DNA of 38,380 nucleotides from a virus. Lineage: Duplodnaviria; Caudoviricetes. Where the stretch lies: IMG/VR virus record IMGVR_UViG_3300042553_000273, positions 1 through 38,380 of that record; one strand, 5' to 3'. This document shows, piece by piece, positions 35,199-38,380 of the stretch; within the stretch, counting starts at the first letter, position 1; each line of letters starts with the position of its first letter. Position numbers and translations under genes: made by a program. The notes below the pieces were generated by a model. That model was given only the letters and a program-made list of their open reading frames with translations. It ran no database searches and was not told where the DNA came from.

Positions 35199-37478
35199 TT
35201 AACCGCCATCACCTTCTTCAGGTTCGGGTGTAATTGGGTTGCCGGGGTCAACATCAGGCTGCTCAGGTGCGGCCAATCTGCCCCTTGTTTCGCCCTCAGT
35301 AACCCCCGAAATGATGTTGCGGTTAAAATCGTAAAGGTTCATTGACCTACTTTCCCCGTCATCAGTAACTTGGTAAAGTAGTTTTTGGTAGGGGTTAGCC
35401 TTGATTGTCTTCCACAAGTCGGCATCGATATTCGCTTTCAATTGGTTGGTAAGCATAAATGAACCGCCCTTTTCGGCAGTCAAGATTGTGCCACCTTCAC
35501 CCTCTAATGAATTACCAGCAATTGACCAAAATGTGTCATCACTTAGGTAAACTTGAAAATATTGGTTTGCAGTTGGTTCGGTTGCAATCAATTGAATTTG
35601 AAATACATCCCCAGAATCTGCATTAAACATGCCAAAAAACAAATCGAAATCCCTATATCTTTCATCAGATGTTTGGCTAAATCGAAAGAACGGGCTTGTT
35701 TTCTTTATCGTTTTCACCCCTATTAAAGATGAATCCCATTGCGCAATAATAAATTCAAAAGTGGTGTATGAACTAAAGCCAAGATTTGAAAGCCAGTTGA
35801 TGAAAATAGACCCCTTAATTCTAAAAGAATACAATGCTGGCACTTGACAAACCCATGTTGAATTGCTTATGTTGTACCCTGTGCTGGGGTCGCTACCCTT
35901 AACAGTTATATCGGTAAACTCCCCAGTAATTGCCAAGTAGTTTAGATTGTTTGGTGCTACCAAGTCATCAAATACAGGGCCCGCAAGCGTTAAATTTGAA
36001 GCCCAATCACCAATAGGCGAACCGCTAAAATAATTGTATATAAGATACATCCTTTTAGGTGGCCCCGGCGATTGATTTATTTCATCCCTTGCTAATAATT
36101 TTGAGTATGGGATGTTTATAAATTCAGGCACATAGTACGCATCGAAATACTGCTGGCCAAAACTTGCATATTGGCTGGCGGCATTACCCGGCACTCCATC
36201 CGCATTCCTAATCATTACATTGTAGTTGCTGATGCTGTTGTTGAATACATTGAATATCGGCGGTGTGCCGACAGAACTAAGTACGGGGGTGCTTATGTTG
36301 CCCGGTGCATTCTTGTAAAAGCACGAAATCAAAAAAGCATCTTCATCGTAGCTGTCATCAAAATCGGGATTGCCGGGGGTGTTTAAAAACCGCATGCACA
36401 TCACGTAATAGATAAGGTTGGTATGCGTAATCAAAACAGAACACCGCAAATCCCATTCGCTATCTACGTTTGAATTGTACTGAAAATAATAGTCCTCTTG
36501 CCATTGAAATACAAACGGGGTTTTGGGAATCCAATTCCAGTTGGTCATTACCAATGCCGCCGCTTGAACAGAACTCGGGGTATCAAAATCCTCCCTCGTT
36601 TCCGAACTGCCAACAATAGCAGAAGCATACAGCATCGAAGTATCTATACTCTCGGTAACCCCAGCATCAACATCGAATAGGTTAATGCTTTGCGACTGCC
36701 GAAAGTAATCAATAGGCTCAACACGAATTCTCCATTGGCCTACGTTGTATTCTTCGACGGCAAAGGCCAAGTTGTATAGTTTCGACAAGTCCCCAAATAA
36801 CTCACTCCACGAAACCACAGGGCCGATGTCAATGGCATCACCCCTCAACTGCCTACCGCTTAAAATATGGGCCGTTTCTTGGCCAACAACAGGGGTTAAA
36901 TAATTAGATACAAAGCCAATCTGCCCGTCACTCATGGCAGCAACAAGGTACTTTAAAGCATCGTATGCCGTCATTGACTTGCGGCCAAACCCGGGTATCG
37001 TTATTGGCACAGGCAGATTCATGAATCTTATTTCTTGAACATCGGTAATGGCAACCGCAGAACTAATGTCTTCGCCCAACTTGCTATCAGGTGCGCCAAG
37101 GCTGAATCCAATGTTTACGTTATTGCGGATCTTGGCAAAGAATCCCCTATCAACGATTTGGCACGATACGGTCTTTTCGTATAGGTTAAACTCGCAATCG
37201 CTGGTAAATATTAACCCATTAACAACCGCTTCAAATGCGCCTGAATGTGGGTTATAGGCCACGATGTTCAACGGCACAGGGGTATCGTAGTCATCACGAA
37301 ACCGCTGCTGCAAAAATCGGTAGGTGTCCCCAGTAAAGGTTATTTCACCTTCAAAGTCGAACAGCAAACCACGGGCCTCTTCGTCCCAGTAGATGCGTTC
37401 TTTGATGTCTTCAACACCCATAGCATCGCCAGTTACGTTGATGCTGTTAAGCGTTACTATTGCCGTGTTACCTTCCAC
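35199..37478 (-). CDS. Tail protein (distal tail/hub-like)
   Basis: Directly downstream of the TMP; ITFTGD, WRIRVEPIDYF patterns. Confidence 0.65.
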   Translation of the reverse strand: MEGNTAIVTLNSINVTGDAMGVEDIKERIYWDEEARGLLFDFEGEITFTGDTYRFLQQRFRDDYDTPVPLNIVAYNPHSGAFEAVVNGLIFTSDCEFNLYEKTVSCQIVDRGFFAKIRNNVNIGFSLGAPDSKLGEDISSAVAITDVQEIRFMNLPVPITIPGFGRKSMTAYDALKYLVAAMSDGQIGFVSNYLTPVVGQETAHILSGRQLRGDAIDIGPVVSWSELFGDLSKLYNLAFAVEEYNVGQWRIRVEPIDYFRQSQSINLFDVDAGVTESIDTSMLYASAIVGSSETREDFDTPSSVQAAALVMTNWNWIPKTPFVFQWQEDYYFQYNSNVDSEWDLRCSVLITHTNLIYYVMCMRFLNTPGNPDFDDSYDEDAFLISCFYKNAPGNISTPVLSSVGTPPIFNVFNNSISNYNVMIRNADGVPGNAASQYASFGQQYFDAYYVPEFINIPYSKLLARDEINQSPGPPKRMYLIYNYFSGSPIGDWASNLTLAGPVFDDLVAPNNLNYLAITGEFTDITVKGSDPSTGYNISNSTWVCQVPALYSFRIKGSIFINWLSNLGFSSYTTFEFIIAQWDSSLIGVKTIKKTSPFFRFSQTSDERYRDFDLFFGMFNADSGDVFQIQLIATEPTANQYFQVYLSDDTFWSIAGNSLEGEGGTILTAEKGGSFMLTNQLKANIDADLWKTIKANPYQKLLYQVTDDGESRSMNLYDFNRNIISGVTEGETRGRLAAPEQPDVDPGNPITPEPEEGDGG

Positions 37479-38380
37479 CTCTTATTTTTTTGCGGTTAAT
37501 TTTCATGGTTTCAAAGCCAGTCCTATTGACTGCCGTTTGTTCTTTTATTGCCCGGTAAAGGCGGTAGTCATCGAAGTTACTTGACATCTGCAATGCCATT
37601 GATGCCGCCAAGCGGTCGGCAAAATCCTCTTCTGCCTGCCGCTGCCGCTCCATTAACGCTGGTCGCACAAAGTTGTTGTTGATGTACCCGTCAAGGTTCC
37701 CGTCAATCCAAGATTTGGCAAGGCCCGGATATTGCAGATTGTTTCGTGTTGGTATAATCGCCTCGCCCTCATGCGCCATAATCGGGATGGTGTCCTTACC
37801 CTTTGGGTTGCCGCCCCTTTGAAGGTAGGCCGTACCATCGTAGAACCCCGGCTTTGGCACTTCGGCAGATAGCAATTGTGTTGTTTGTGCGAATGCGCCA
37901 ACTACAGCCCCTACCATTGATGCGATATACCCAGCCAAAACAAAAGGTGCACCCGGCCCTGTTGTTGCTGCTGATGAAGTAGCGCCAGCAATAGCGGCAG
38001 CAATAGCCGAAGCCATTTGTATTTGAACCTGAATCACGGCTAATGCTTTAACATACTCGGCATTCTCACCGCTAAGGGCAGCAAACGCACCTACCATTTG
38101 GCCAAAATTGCTTTCCAATGTTGACAATCCACCAGCCACATTTGATGCCGCTTCGTGAATGGCCTGAATTGAAACTACCGCATTTTCTGCCGATTCTTCA
38201 TCTACATCAAGTTTTACCTTAATGCTCATAGCATCAGGTATTGGCAGTTCGGGAAGCGATGTATCTGTACCCGTGTCGGCAGGCTCCATTGGCAATATTT
38301 CAGGCCTTTGAATATTTACCTCAGAATTAAATTCTTCAATGGTCTTTTTCAGTCCATTAAGTTGGTTTTGCAGAAGATTT
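37468..38380 (-). CDS. Tape measure protein, C-terminal part
   Basis: Ala-rich hydrophobic region, then FYDGT...GKDTIPIMAHEGEAII; in frame with 1..2045. Confidence 0.9.
   Translation of the reverse strand, partial: NLLQNQLNGLKKTIEEFNSEVNIQRPEILPMEPADTGTDTSLPELPIPDAMSIKVKLDVDEESAENAVVSIQAIHEAASNVAGGLSTLESNFGQMVGAFAALSGENAEYVKALAVIQVQIQMASAIAAAIAGATSSAATTGPGAPFVLAGYIASMVGAVVGAFAQTTQLLSAEVPKPGFYDGTAYLQRGGNPKGKDTIPIMAHEGEAIIPTRNNLQYPGLAKSWIDGNLDGYINNNFVRPALMERQRQAEEDFADRLAASMALQMSSNFDDYRLYRAIKEQTAVNRTGFETMKINRKKIRGGR
38234..38380. repeat. Terminal direct repeat, copy 2
   Basis: Matches 1-147. Confidence 0.97.

Overview
This window is a complete, circularly assembled ~38.2 kb tailed phage genome. 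Positions 1-147 repeat at 38234-38380 with one synonymous mismatch. It is probably a siphovirus (tape measure, tail-chaperone frameshift, no sheath) and probably infects Bacteroidota, judging from the many TAnnTTTG -7 promoter boxes. Almost all genes lie on the minus strand. They cover head, tail and packaging, a split lysis set, lambda-like replication (initiator with iterons plus a DnaC-like loader), ERF/YqaJ/SSB recombination, and a ParB-MT-A70 methylase paired with a nuclease. I recognised no integrase, CI-like repressor or DNA polymerase. The most notable features are: (1) a dispersed glycan toolkit placed among morphogenesis genes (GT-A+GH130-like fusion, GT8+methyltransferase fusion, TylF O-methyltransferase); (2) four copies of a terminator/tandem-box/promoter cassette driving small accessory genes; (3) a degenerate tRNA-like RNA with its own promoter, converging on terL; (4) tandem pseudoknots in the capsid mRNA leader; (5) many apparently leaderless genes; and (6) a chaperone frameshift with two slippery sites. 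All calls come from reading motifs by eye; no database searches were run.
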